From Octopus vulgaris (taxonomy: Eukaryota): 64,000 nucleotides of DNA. The DNA lies in assembly GCA_951406725.2 (NCBI GenBank), contig OX597814.1:220596001-220660000 (forward strand). Reading direction: 5' to 3'. Under the pieces are notes generated by a model. It had not been told where the DNA came from. It made no database searches and saw nothing but the letters and a program-made list of their open reading frames with translations. The position numbers and the translations under genes were made by a program. Below, piece by piece: positions 27,879-41,568 of this stretch. Every line of letters starts with the position of its first letter. Within the stretch, counting starts at the first letter, position 1.

Positions 27879-28806
27879 ACAAGTGCCTGTGTGTGTGTGT
27901 GTGTCTGTATGTGCATATAAAGTATTAAAAAAAGTGTGTAGGGTCTGGAGTTGTTTTGTCTTGGGTTGGTCCAATGTTTTTATTTATCTATTTTTTTATA
28001 GCTATGTGTGTGTGTGTATACAGGCACATAATGAAGGAAGTAAAAAACTATATTTCACACACACACACACACATACATATATATACATACATACATACAT
28101 ACACACTCACTTTATATGTGAATGTATGAATTTTTTTGTTGGTGGGAAAGAAAACAGCTAGAGCGAGAGAGCATGGAAGAGCAGAGAAATAGAGGAGGAA
28201 GAAGAGAAGGAGAGGGATAGAGAGAGAAAGATATATGTATGAGTATATATATATATATATATATATATAAAAGGGAGTGAAATGGGAGTATAAAAGTGAC
28301 TAATGCAAAAACTATTTTTAGGTTTACCTGTACTCCACCTGGTTGGCCATTCAATTGACATTGATTGATGTTTGAAAGAATAATCAGTAATGGCAATGGG
28401 AGTAGGACTGAAGGAGATAGGATTTATGAAATTGCAACAAGATACACATACGTGTATCTAGCTTGTGTTATGGAGTCCCCCGCCCCACCAGCACACCAAC
28501 ACAAGGAAAAACTAAAGGAAAATCCATTCTCCTTCATCCTACTGCCATATCAAAAAGCATTTACTAGACATATGGAGAGAGAAAAAAATAAATAAGGAGA
28601 GAAAAAAAAAAGGGGGGAAAAAGAAGTGGTACATAGGTGTAGGCAAGACCAAAGAGAGGCCATAAATTGTTCAGAAAGACAATACACAATAAAGAGAACA
28701 CATCAGATATCCTTACTGTCATAAATTTGATGTTTTTTCAGCTCAAGGAATCATTGCAAATATTGAAACAGGCGTGTAACTGTAAAATAGAGATACATAT
28801 GATCCC

Positions 28807-28807
<1 letters not shown>

Positions 28808-28852
<45 letters not shown>

Positions 28853-28921
28853 ATGCGTGTGTGTGTGTGCATGCGTGTGTGTGTGTGTGTGTGCATGCGT
28901 GTGTGTGTGTGTGTGTGTGCA

Positions 28922-28960
<39 letters not shown>

Positions 28961-29011
28961 ATGCGTGTGTGTGTGTGTGTGTGTGTGTGTGCATGTGTGT
29001 GTGTGTGTGCA

Positions 29012-29050
<39 letters not shown>

Positions 29051-29258
29051 ATGCGTGTGTGTGTGTGTGTGTGTGTGCATGCGTGTGTGTGTGTGTGTGT
29101 GCATGCGTGTGTGTGTGCATGCGTGTGTGTGTGTGCATGCGTGTGTGTGTGTGTGCATGCGTGTGTGTGTGTGTGTGTGCATGCGTGTGTGTGTGTGCAT
29201 GTGTGTGTGTGTGTGCATGTGTGTGTGTGTGTGTGTGTGCATGCGTGTGTGTGTGTGT
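28808..29258. repeat. (GT)n microsatellite punctuated by GCATGC
   Basis: Seen directly in the sequence. Confidence 0.97.
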
Positions 29259-32234
29259 ATCAAATAGTTTTACATGCTGGCAGAAGCTTCAATAAATCAT
29301 CTTTCGATATATCATGCCCATCTGGCACTTCAAAGGTGAGACTTAATGGTCTCAATTCTTATGTAAATACTTCTTTCCAAATTATCTTTGGCATATCTGA
29401 AATGTACAGGTATGACAGGAGAAACAAGTGCATAGCAAACCTAGTCACCACACTCAGTTTCATTTCTCAGTCATACCAATTTCATTTAACAACTCTCTTT
29501 TCTCATCCTTTGAAGTCAGTCAAACAAATCATCCATTTCAGTTTTGGATACATCATCATCATCATCATCATCATCATTTTAATGTCTGCTTTCTCATGCT
29601 TGCATGGGTCAGATAAAATTCACTGAGGTAGATTTTCTGCAGCTGGATACTCTTCCTGTTGCCAACTATCACGTTTCCAAGCAAGGTATAATACTTCCCC
29701 ATTGCTGAATATGTCCACATGGAAATTTGGGGATGAAGAACACCACTTGTCTTACAGTGAAGCTCACTTATAAGTATCACATGGTATCAAGGAGACACAA
29801 ACACACAGGACAAATTTCTTACAGTTTCCATTTACCAAATCCACCCACAAACTTTTAGTCAATCTGGGGCTATTGGAGAAGACACTTTCCCAAAGTACCA
29901 TGCAGCTGGCTGAACCCAAAACCACATGGTTGGTAAGTAAACTTCTTAATCACAGAGACTAGTTAAAAATAGTCAAATAGAAAACTAAAATGTTGCATTT
30001 TTGACCATTCCACCTTAAAGTAGAATAGTATACATATATCAATTTACTATTCGTACATGGCTCTATAAAGTGGCCTCTCCCTCCAGCTGTCACATTCTTG
30101 ATATGCTGCTGGGTCAAAGACCACCAAGAGGTATCTATGTTTGTTCACAAGTTCATAGGCCCTGACAAAAAGCAAAAAAAAAAAAAAATTAATTAATTAG
30201 CTAAAATATGGTGCATGCTACCAAATCATACTCGCTTATGAGTGACAGCTGTGGTCTTAAAAAATTAATTAGCAAGTTTGGTTGTTTCTTGATTACTCTA
30301 CACACAATTTGACAATCTATCTCATTGGCATTCAAAGACAACTTGCTTAACTGTGACATAAAACAAAAGCATTCTTATAATTTTGTCATAGTCGTCAACC
30401 TAATAGAAAACTTTCAAGCTGTGTTTCTGGAAAAGTGCACTTCAGTGCACTAGCATAGTACATATAGTTTCTAGATGCACAGTGGAGTGTTAAAAAATAT
30501 AATTTAAGACCCCTTGAAAATCCATATTTAACGCTTTGAGCATCTTGTAAAACAGGTTATAATTTTGTTATGCAGAAGCATGATAACTAAAACAAAACTA
30601 AACAGTTAGTTTCTGCATTTGTTTTCTCTGAAGTTTTAACAATGAAACAATTTTGCTATAAACTTTCCAAACGAAATGCACCAGTAATTTTTTTATTCGA
30701 TTTTCAGTGTGCCATTAAGTCAAAATGATTGAGAACCACTACGTTAAGTAAAACCTGTCTACCAGAAATTGTAGTGGTATTGAAGCAAGAACAGCAAAAG
30801 AAGAAGAAAAAAAAAATGACAAAATACCACGTTCTAGATTACTAAGCATGGTCCTGGTTAGAAAACTTCCAAGATTTAGTAATTGTGTTAAGTTGAAATA
30901 ATCAAAATCATTGAATGAAGACCTGAATCACTTTCATCGTATAGTTAAGAAAGATTTCTTTCACTACTATACAAAAAAGATCAAGGATATACAACACAGA
31001 TGCAAACAACTGTCTAGTTACTTTTGCTGGAGTGTGAAGTAGCTATGACAAGCAACTATTGTAGACAACAAAAAAAAAAGCAAGTGATCTGACTAGCAAC
31101 ATTAATATCAAACTCACAAAATAAAGGTTATATTTATGTGTGCGCCTGTATACGAAGTTGCAGACATAGCTGTGTGGCTAAGAAGTTTATTGCGCAACCA
31201 GATGGCTTCAGGTTTAGTCACCTTGAACAGGTCTCTTCTACAGTAGCTCCAGGCTGACTAAAGCCTTGTGAGTTGATTTGACACATAGAAACTGAAACAA
31301 TATTAAATGTGTATGTGAGTGTATGTGTGTGAGAGAGTGAGAAAGAGAGTGAGTGTGTGTGTGTGTATATATATAATTGGATAAAGATAGTTATGGTTGG
31401 TCTATGGGGTTATTCAGGCTTCTATGACCATAAAGCACTTCGCTTTACAGTGTCTCTTCAGACCCTAATGGCTAGTGGCCTATAACCTCTCTTCAAAGTG
31501 GAAGGAGAAAAGGCCTTATGGCTAGTGTCATTATCATTTAATGTCCATTTTTCATGCCGGCATGTGTTGGACTGCTGACCACCTGAAGAGCTGCCCAAAT
31601 TCCCTGTCTGTTTTGACATGGTTTCTACAGATGGGTGCCCTTCCTAACACCAACCACTTTACAGAGTATATTTGGTGATATTTCATTTGCTTAGTTAATG
31701 GACATCTGTTCAGTGATAGAAACAGATTTTAGAAACTAATCATATGCTATGATCTATGACAATGAGCTGGGGAAGGAGAGAAGGGGTAAACTGCCTCATC
31801 TCCCCAATGAGCTGAAAAGTAAAGGAATGCTGTCCCTCAGCGTAACGCCTCCCCACATCCTGCTTCCATTATTCCAGCAGCCATGCTAGTAGACTCTACC
31901 CACCAGAATCCAGTACTTATGTTGTTGACCTCTATTTGCTGACCTGCTATGTTACAGGTCATATAAAACACCAGTTTCTACCAGCATCAGCAAAAAGGTA
32001 GACATAGAGAAAGACACACACATATTCTTACTTCAAAAACAAATAAAGGTTGGGGACAGAAAGAGCATCTGGCTATAAAACAATGCATCAGTAATTCGTA
32101 TTTATCTAATCCATTCTAACATGGAAAAATGGACATAAAAACTGATATAGGCACACATATATGTACATAGGGCCACATGCTCATGCATGCATGTGCATGC
32201 ACACACACACACACATGTTCACACACACACACAT

Positions 32235-32274
<40 letters not shown>

Positions 32275-34470
32275 GCTTTCATGCATTTTCCATCTAGCAA
32301 ATTTCACTCACAAAGCATTAAGCAGCTCAAGGGTATAGCAGAAAATACCAAAAGAAATATGTCCTAGGTATTGAACCCAAACCACATGGTCGAGAAGTGA
32401 ACTACTTAACCACACAGCCATGCCTAACCCCCAATATGTGTAGAAACCCAGAAGTAATAAGCCAATACAGTTAAACAGGCAAGACCACAAGTTGGTTTGG
32501 TTTTAGCTTGCAACAAAGATACCATTCATTTAGTCCTCTTTTACCAGTCAGTGATAGGAATAGCAAATCCTGATGAGGTTAATTGTACCATTCATATCAG
32601 TTTTGAAATCTTTAACTTCAAGTTAAGTAACATGCATCTTAACCATAGAATTGACATTCGCATTTTTATTACACTCAAAGTCATGTGTGCATCCGAATGA
32701 ACAGGGAATTTATCATATGAATGTTATATTTCTTTCAAGAGAAAGTTTCTTTAAAGCTAAAAAAAGACTAATTAAAATGTAACAAGCAGGGGGAAACTGA
32801 AAAGAAAAAAAGTTTTAAAAACAAGAGATTGCTCTACATAAATGAAAATCAAATTGAATTGAAAAATCTTTTGGGAAACAAGAGTAGGTGATAGTTAACA
32901 ATAATAATAAATGCAAACAATAATATAAATGCTATGATTTATTAATATATATATATATGTGTATATATAAATAAGCATAAAGTTATAGACCAAGTATAAG
33001 AAAACAAGATGTTTGTATCATTAATAAAAGTAGCACATGGCAAACCAAACAGAACAGTTTGCAATTTTTCTAAATGTATATTTTTCACTGAGCTAATACC
33101 ACTTTTAAAAAGAAGTAAAAATGATACCAGAAAGATATATAAAAATCTTCAATTGAAAATATTTAAAATATATAAAAAACAAAATAAAGACGAAACTTAG
33201 CAAATACAAGATAGTTTAGCCAAAGAAAATAAAAGGAAACCTTGTCTACAAACAGATGTTGTTGAAAGCTAAAAGATTGCTAACAGCTAGTTTAATTTAA
33301 TTTTTTTTGCATTTTCCCTTTTAAATCAAGAGATAGAGAAAATAGGTCTTAAATGGAAAATAAAGGCAAGTTTGTATTCTTTTAAGCTGTTTAGGGAAGG
33401 AATATCAAAGAAAGAGAGAAAACCTTGTAGTGAAAATTATAGTTTGCATTTTATTTAGATTTCAGTATCATAATCATCACCATTATCATAAAATTTCTTC
33501 TGAATGTTGCTATGGAAAGGCACATAAATCTACATCAAAAGAATGCTGTTCTGATGCCCAAATGGATATATCTAACATTTTTACATCCATTTTTTCCAGT
33601 CTTAGATGAGATGGATGTTTCATTGGATTTTTGTAGAAATGATTGTTTTTACAACTGAGTGCCCTTTTTAATACTAACCACTCAACAGTGAGATAGATCT
33701 GGAACATGGATTTCTGTCATACATCTTGCTCAAGGATATGATTTAATAACAGTAGCAAGATTTTGGATCTTTGATGCCTCATGTTCCATTACTCTGCTAC
33801 ATGATCACAACTACTGTTCTTGACATTTCATAGCCTTAATAATCATTTCTGATTTAGGCACAACACCAGCAATTTTTAGGGTATGGGGTGCAATTAATAT
33901 TATCAACCTTAGTATTTATTTTATTGATCCCCAAAACATGAATGGCAAAGTTGACCTCATTAAATTTGAACTCGGAATGTAAGGAGCTGGAAGAAATTAC
34001 ACAAAATGATTTGCTTGATTCTCTAACAATTCTGCCAATCCACCACTTTTCATAACCTTAATAATAAGAATGAAATATAAATTTTGACAAATGGTTACAA
34101 ATCTTTAGGAGAGATTTATCAATTTGATCAGCTTCAGTACATTAGCCAGTGAGGGGGCCTTTCCTGTGGTCGCTCAAACTGCTAGAAATAGCAACAAAAT
34201 CAGTCTCAAATAACACTACCATTTTTTTATTAAAAGAGGAATGAATACATTGGATAAACTGTCTAAAAAGAAAAAAAAAAAAAAAAATAGTCTTGGCTAA
34301 AATGCATTTCAAATTTGTTTGAGTAGAAATTACCTGGAGCTAAATCTAAACAACAATAACAACAAGTGGCAATTATTTCATGAATCCCAGAAAAATAAAA
34401 GCAAAATTGATTTAAATACAGCTTGGACTCAGAATGTAAGACGAATTAAACCAAATATTGTAAGGTGTTG

Positions 34471-34870
34471 ACTCTTTTACTCTTTTACTTGTTTCAGTCA
34501 TTTGACTGTGGCCATGCTGAAGCACTGCCTTTAGTCGAGGAAATCGACCCCAGGACTTATTCTTTGTAAGCCTAGTACTTATTCTATCGGTCGCTTTTGC
34601 CGAACTGCTAAGTTACAGGGATGTAAACACACCAGCATCGGTTGTCAAGCGATGTTGGGAGGGACAAACACAGACACACAGACAACGTACATATATATAC
34701 ATATATATGACAGGCTTCTTTCAGTTTCCGTCTACCAAATCCACTCACAAGGCTTTGATCGGCCCGAGGCTATAGTAGAAGACATTTGCGCAAGGTGCCA
34801 CGCAGTGGGAATGAACCCAGAACCATGTGGTTGGTAAGCAAGCTACTTACCACACAGCCACTCCTGCACC
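34471..34870 (-). mobile_element. SINE family A, full-length
   Basis: Reverse complement of the family A consensus, from the (TAAAAGAG)n tail to the 'ggtgcaggagtggctgtgtgg' head. Confidence 0.9.
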
Positions 34871-35284
34871 TGTAAAACTTACTTTTATTCATGCCATTCC
34901 CTTGCTTTAAAATGGAGTTCTAATGCTGCATTGTATTTTTTTTTTATGGTTATTTGGTTACCTCAGTCTACCGAGACAAAGAATGGATGCCACATTCATA
35001 TCATGATTGAGTAAATGGCTCTGAGAATGGCGTCATTTCTACATAACATTGAAACACATCTGATTAGAAAACGAAACGCCTTCTTGAAACAAAACTACAA
35101 AAGAGTACGCGAGAAGCATCATTTCTCTGCTGCATGAAGTAATTTTACCTGCAGCAGGTGTCATCACTACCGCAGATCAAGCGCAGGCCTTGTAGCCCAC
35201 ATGTTAGCCTGCCAGAGATCGTTAGTGAATAATAAGAGTCAATGTCAACCTATGACAGACAGATGAAGAAGAAGAAGATATATC

Positions 35285-36130
35285 CTGACACAACTACTGA
35301 CACTCTACAGAGCTCAGGTGAAAACTACAATCGTGTATTTACTCTCACATCTGGGATGCTGCTGCAAATATCCTAGAAAGAAAGACGTCTATTGAAAGAA
35401 AGGCCAATCAACTTAGCTTGCAACCACTTACAGACATTCTGTCTTTTCTTTCTGTCTTTACTACTTTTCTACTACTTCTATCATAGCCCATCCTCTGCAG
35501 AGCTGGCTGGGTTTGTACCACCTCTCCTCAAGCACTCCTCATTCACTCATCTCTCCTCCTTTCATCACCCAAGTTATATCCAACTAGCAGTATCGCCCGG
35601 CGTTGCTCGGGTTTGTAAGGGAAATAACTATATAAGCATTTTTAGAGAGTTACTTCCCTTATATAATAGCAAAATAATGCATTAAAAATGGAAAAAATGA
35701 TGGTAAATTTTTTTTTTAATCGTAGACTCATCGTAGACATTTTTAAAGAGTTACCTCCCTTATATAATAGCAAAAAAAATGCATTAAAAATGGAAAAAAA
35801 TGGTGGTAAATTTTTTTTTAAATCGTAGACTCATCGTAGATGCATGCTAATACACAGAAGGGCTCGATATGAATCACAACTATAAGATACCCGGTTTTGT
35901 TAAACTGCACCGCAAAATGTGGGAGTAGTTAGGAATCTAAATCGTAGGAGACAGACAGCATACAACCTCATTTTTATATATATATAGATTTACAGATTTT
36001 GCATAATGCCACTAGGCTAAACCTCTCCTTCTCAAGATGTCAACCGTCTGGAGCTTCCTCCTCCCTTGCTCAAGTCTTTCCTGATATGTGATGACTGGCA
36101 ACAGTTTATGTGGAACAATAATAATGGCAT
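35285..36130 (+). mobile_element. Decayed non-LTR LINE ORF2 C-terminal fragment (CR1/L2/Jockey-group-like), split by a Helitron
   Basis: Translated remnants LLTLYRAQVK..SHIW, SLLLFYYFYHSPSSAELAGFVPP and HP before the Helitron; STVWS.L..QVFPD after it. These match typical LLTLYKAQIRP..YCSHIW / LFYRYYHG.CSSELA..VPP / RLWNSLP..VFP motifs. Confidence 0.65.
35584..35988 (-). mobile_element. Non-autonomous Helitron
   Basis: The minus strand starts A^TCTATATA and ends with hairpin CCCGAGCAACGCCGGG then CTAG^T. No TSD. It has an internal duplication of about 100 bp. A second copy lies at 43876-44266. Confidence 0.85.
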
Positions 36131-36639
36131 CAACTTCATCAGTTTCAGACAGTCTGTGAAGGCCATAGGTACTGCCCCTTCCACCAGACCCAACAAATAA
36201 AAAAGAAAATGATTTATATACTTGACATAAAAGCAAATTTGTATTTAAATAAATTACAGAAAGCGAGGGAAAAAAACAAAAAACAAAAAGCAACCAAATC
36301 ATTTTCTTTCTCTTTCTTGGAGCTAATTGTTTGCCTGAATATATTTAACATTATTTGTTGCTTTAGCAGAAATTATAAGAATTGATACCGAGTAAGCCTG
36401 AATGGAGTTCTAAGTCCTTTGAGAATTGACACAATAACTAAAACCTCATAAGAGATCTATATTAAATGAACCAAATAACTCTTTCCCAATTTGTTAGTAA
36501 TACTAAATTAAATTATTCAAGATATATTATTGAAGATACTGCACCCTTCTTACACACTCAGCAAATAAAAAAACAAAAAAAAGCAAAACAATAAAATCAA
36601 TAATAATAATAATAATAATTATGATGATGAAAATGATAA

Positions 36640-37860
36640 TGGTTTCAAATTTTGGCATAAGGCCAGCAGTTCCGGTGAAGGGGGTAAGTTGTTTACATTG
36701 ATCTCAGTACTCAACTGGTATTTATTCTATCAAGCCCGAAAGGATGAAAGGCAAAGTCGACCTCAGCAGAATTTGACCTTAGAATGTAAAGACTAACAGC
36801 ATGCTACGAAGCATTTTGCTTGGCATGCTAACGATTCTGCCAGCTCACCATTATATAATGATAATAATGATAATAATAACAGTGATAAATGATAATGTAT
36901 ACTGTCAATCTAACAAGAACGTGACAGTAGGGTGTACACCACCGTTGTATAGCCCTGGGAGGCATCGAACGCCTCCTGACAGCTTTAACACATTTTTTTT
37001 CCTGTGTCCTTATATACATATACGAAGGGGAGACAAACACCCCCAACCGCCGAAGCTGTCGAAGCTGTCAGGAGGCGTTTGATGCCTTATGGGCTATACA
37101 ACGGTGGTGTACCCCCTACTGTCACGTTCTTGTTAGATTGACAGTATACAACCATTCTATCGCCCCACCACCATACATGTCTCTACGAGAGATTTAAAAA
37201 TTCAATATTTCTAATGATAATAATAACAGTGATAAATGATAAAGGTTTCAAATTTTGGTACAAGGCCAGCAGTTTCAGGGGGTGGGGGAATAAGTTGCTT
37301 ACATTGATCCCAGTGCTCAACTGGTACTTAATTTATCGGCCCCAAAAGGATGAAAGAAAGTCGACCTCAGAGGAATTTGAACTCAGAATGAAAAGACAGA
37401 TGAAATACCCATTTCTTTGAGCTTACCACCCTAATAATAGAAGGGACAAACAAGGACAGACATAGGTATTGGGGACAGATGATTAGATCAACCCCAGTAT
37501 GCAACTGGTACTTAATTTATCGACCTCGGCGGAATTTATCGACCTCGGCGGAATTTGAACTCACAACGTAACGACAGATGAAATACCACTAAGCATTTCG
37601 CCCGACATGCTAACGTTTCTTATTTCTTTATTGCCCACAAGGGGCTGAACATAGAGGGGACAAACAAGGACAGACAAAGGGATTGAGTCGATTACATTGA
37701 CCCCAGTGTGCAACTGGTACTTAATTTATGGACCCCGAAAGGATGAAAGACCAAGTCGACCTCGGCGGAATTTGAACACGAAATGTAAAGACAGACAAAA
37801 TGCCGCTAAGCATTTCACCCGGCGTGCTAATGTTTCTGCCAGCTGGCCACCTTCCACCCT
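36640..37860 (-). mobile_element. Cluster of family B SINE copies and fragments, with a MITE inserted at 36896
   Basis: Repeated 'caactggtacttaatttatcgacc...aaggatgaaag...gtcgacctcggcggaatttgaac'. Confidence 0.8.
36896..37150. mobile_element. Foldback MITE with terminal inverted repeats of about 90 bp
   Basis: 36896-36985 is the reverse complement of 37062-37150 with few mismatches. The spacer is 76 nt. Ends are TA-CTGTCAATC...GATTGACAG-TA. Confidence 0.85.
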
Positions 37861-38772
37861 AATAATAATAATAATAATACGGTTTACAAAACTGACATGG
37901 ACAAATTTAGTATTTACATAAATTCAAGGAGGGAAAAAAAAAACAACCAGCAACTTGATCAAATTTTTTTTTTTATATATCTTGTAACTAGTTGTTTTTT
38001 TTTTATAAATATAATTAACATTATCTGTTGTTAGAGCAGAAATATAATATATTATAAGTATTGAGATGAAGTAACCTTGAATGAAATGCCAAGTCCATTG
38101 AGGACTGACATAGCTGCTAAAATCTCATAACAGATATGTTCAATGAACTTAATAACTCATTCACACTTTGTTAGTAATACCAAATTAAATAATTCAATAT
38201 ATACTCTCAGAATTTTATGTACTTCTATCTTTCCTACACTACAGAAAACATACATAAAAATTCTCCAGCAAATATTTTATACAAATGAATGCTTCTCATA
38301 TTTATATCTTGTCAATGTAATTTAAGTGATTAGTGGTTGCAATTAGTTAAACAATTTGAATGTAATGTGTCAATATTGGGACACCAAACATTAACTGTAA
38401 CAAGGCTTGAACTGTTGACCATGCAATTTGTAGTCTAGAGCCTTAATTTCTCACCTACTGTGCCTCATAAATGTGTTAGAATCAACATTTGATATATATG
38501 CGTGTATGGGTTTGAGAGAGTGTGATGGTGTATATAGACATGTATATTTGTGTTACCTTGTCTTGTCATAGAATGATACTTGTGAATAAACATCATTGTA
38601 AAACAGAGAGAATCATTCGTTACCAATATTCTACAAAAACATGTCTGGGTAGAGGGAAATATTACTTGCTTGGAAACTGGTTTGGGTTGGCGAGAGGAAG
38701 GAAATGCAGCCAAAGAAAATTTGCTTCTGTAAACCCATGCGAGACCCATGCAAGCTTGGGATTGTGAACATA

Positions 38773-39165
38773 GGCGCAGGAGTGGCTGTGTGGTAAGTAG
38801 CTTGCTAACCAACCACATGGTTCTGGGTTCAGTCCCACTGCGTGGCATCTTGGGCTATAGTCCCTGGCCGACCAATGCCTTGTGAATGGATTTGGTAGAC
38901 GGAAACTGAAAGAAGCCTGTCGTATATATGTATATATATATATATGTGTGTGTGTGTATGTGTCTGTGTTTGTCTCCCTAGCATTGCTTGACAACTGATG
39001 CTGGTGTGTTTACGTCCCCGTCAATTAGTGGTTCGGCAAAAGAGACTGATAGAATAAGTACTGGGCTTACAAAGAATAAGTCCCGGGGTCGATTTGCCCG
39101 ACTAAAGGCGGTGCTCCAGCATGGCCGCAGTCAAATGACTGAAACCAGTAAAAGAGTAAAAGAGT
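38773..39165 (+). mobile_element. SINE family A, full-length
   Basis: Family A head, internal microsatellite and tail. Confidence 0.9.
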
Positions 39166-39928
39166 ATACAAGTTTTTTTTCCAAGTTTAATAAAATATAC
39201 AGCAGTGATGCCATTAGCTGGAGGGAGATGGAAAAGAGAGGAAAGACTGATCAAGGAATATGGGGGGGGGGGTGGAAAGATATTCTGATATGATTGGAAA
39301 AGTTGGATGGTGGGGAAAAAGCTGTTGTCCTCTTTATCAGTAACTATATCTTTATAAGTATTGTCTGGAAATGACTACAGTACAATGACAGAAATCAGTT
39401 ATACACACACACACAGAGTAGCAGCATGAACAGAGTAAAGAGTTGTCAATGCATCTTCTAGACTGAATATATTACAATATTATTGTTAAGGCTGACTTCA
39501 CTAATATAATGGAAATGTATTAAACTCCTATAATATATAACAAATGTGTCTATATTATATTGTATAAAACACACACACACACACACACACACACATATCC
39601 CCTACCTTGCACAGAATTTCATTGACCTCCTGGAATTTCAATGTCAACAGACGTGCAACCAAAGCATAATCAGACACCACCATATTCTGAAGCCCCTTAA
39701 TTAAAAATTTACTTGTGCATGGATTCACTGAACTCCGCTTTGCATCTGGCGATAACGGACTTGGCTAAACACCCACAAGGTTTGATATAACCACCTCACC
39801 AACAACAACACTGAACACCTTTGTGATCAGGTCCATGTGTCTAATATATAGGAAAATAAGTGAACGAGAGTATTGTGTTTGTTTTTTTTTCTTTTAAATC
39901 TAAAACGATACTGTGTTTCTTTGAAATA

Positions 39929-40084
39929 GGCACAGGTGTGGATGTGTTGTAAGAAGCTTGCTTCCGGACCACAGGATTCTGGTTTCAGTCCCACTGCATG
40001 GCACCTCTAGCAAATGCCTTCTACTATAGTCATGAACAGATCAAAGACTTGTGAGTGGATTTGGTAGATGGAAACTGAAAGAAG

Positions 40085-40124
<40 letters not shown>

Positions 40125-40534
40125 AATACATATATATATATACATATATACATAAATACATATATATATACATATACATAAATACATATATATATATACA
40201 TATATATATACATATATACATATATACATATATTTTTTTTTTTTTTTTTTTTTTTTTTAATTGTTTCAGTCATTTGACTGCGGCCATGCTGGAGCACCGA
40301 CATATATATATACATACATATATATATACATATATATATACATACATATATATATACATATATATATACATATATATATATATATACATATACATATACA
40401 TATATATATATACACATATGTAAATGTTTTTAAAATTTTCTCCTGGTTTACGGAATTAATATTGTTTTGCGGTTGAAGCCTTGGCTGCTATTTCTAGTGG
40501 GTTGAATGGCCTATTATGGCCGTTCCAATTTTGC

Positions 40535-40599
<65 letters not shown>

Positions 40600-40962
40600 T
40601 ATATACATATATATACATATATATATACATATATATACATATATATATATATATATACATATATATACATATACATATATATATATATATATATACATAT
40701 ATACATATATATATATATACATATATATACATATACATATATATATATATACATATATATACATATATACATATATATATATACATATATATACATATAC
40801 ATATACATATATATATATACATATACATATATATATATATACATATATATACATATACACATATATATATACATATACATATATATACATATAATAAACA
40901 TATATACATATATATATATATACATATACATATATATATACATATATACATATACATACATA

Positions 40963-41043
<81 letters not shown>

Positions 41044-41237
41044 GTGTGTGTGTGTGTTAGTTGTGCACCACCACTTAACAACCAGTGTTGTTGTGTTTAT
41101 GTTCCCGTAACTTAGTGGCTCACCAAAAAAGAATGATTAAATTTTTTAAAGCACTGGGATTGATTCATTCAATTAAAAATTCTTCAAAGCAGTGCCCCAG
41201 CATGGCCACAAACTAATGACTGAAGCAAGTAAAAGAT
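39929..41237 (+). mobile_element. SINE family A whose internal microsatellite has expanded to about 950 bp
   Basis: 5' half at 39929-40087 and 3' half at 41041-41237, separated by a (TA)/TACA array containing two short foreign islands. Confidence 0.7.
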
Positions 41238-41568
41238 ATGTATTTCTTTGTCAACTTTACATCCATTTTTGCATGCTAGCAAGGGTTAGGTGAATATACA
41301 TATTATTGAGGCATTGATTTTACAGCTTGATGCCCCTCTTGTCACTAACCCTTACCTGTTTTTAAATAATGGAGTTTTCCCCTCATTTTTAAAATCCCAG
41401 GCCAACTGACTGGATGGTTTGTTGATAAGGAAATGCCAACAAATGTCACCAACCATAGCTCAACGACTTATTTTTGAAGTACTACACAAGTGCAGAATGT
41501 AAATATTCACTTAGACATATATACACACACACAAATGCATATCTATAATATAAAATGGACAAGGGCAT

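Noticed and set aside
30700-30745. 'aaaatgattgagaaccacta' resembling a hAT MITE end
   Set aside because: I could not locate a matching left end or an 8-bp TSD.
32571-32600. CTGATGA followed by a short stem
   Set aside because: No GAAA or stem I/III follows, so it is not a hammerhead.
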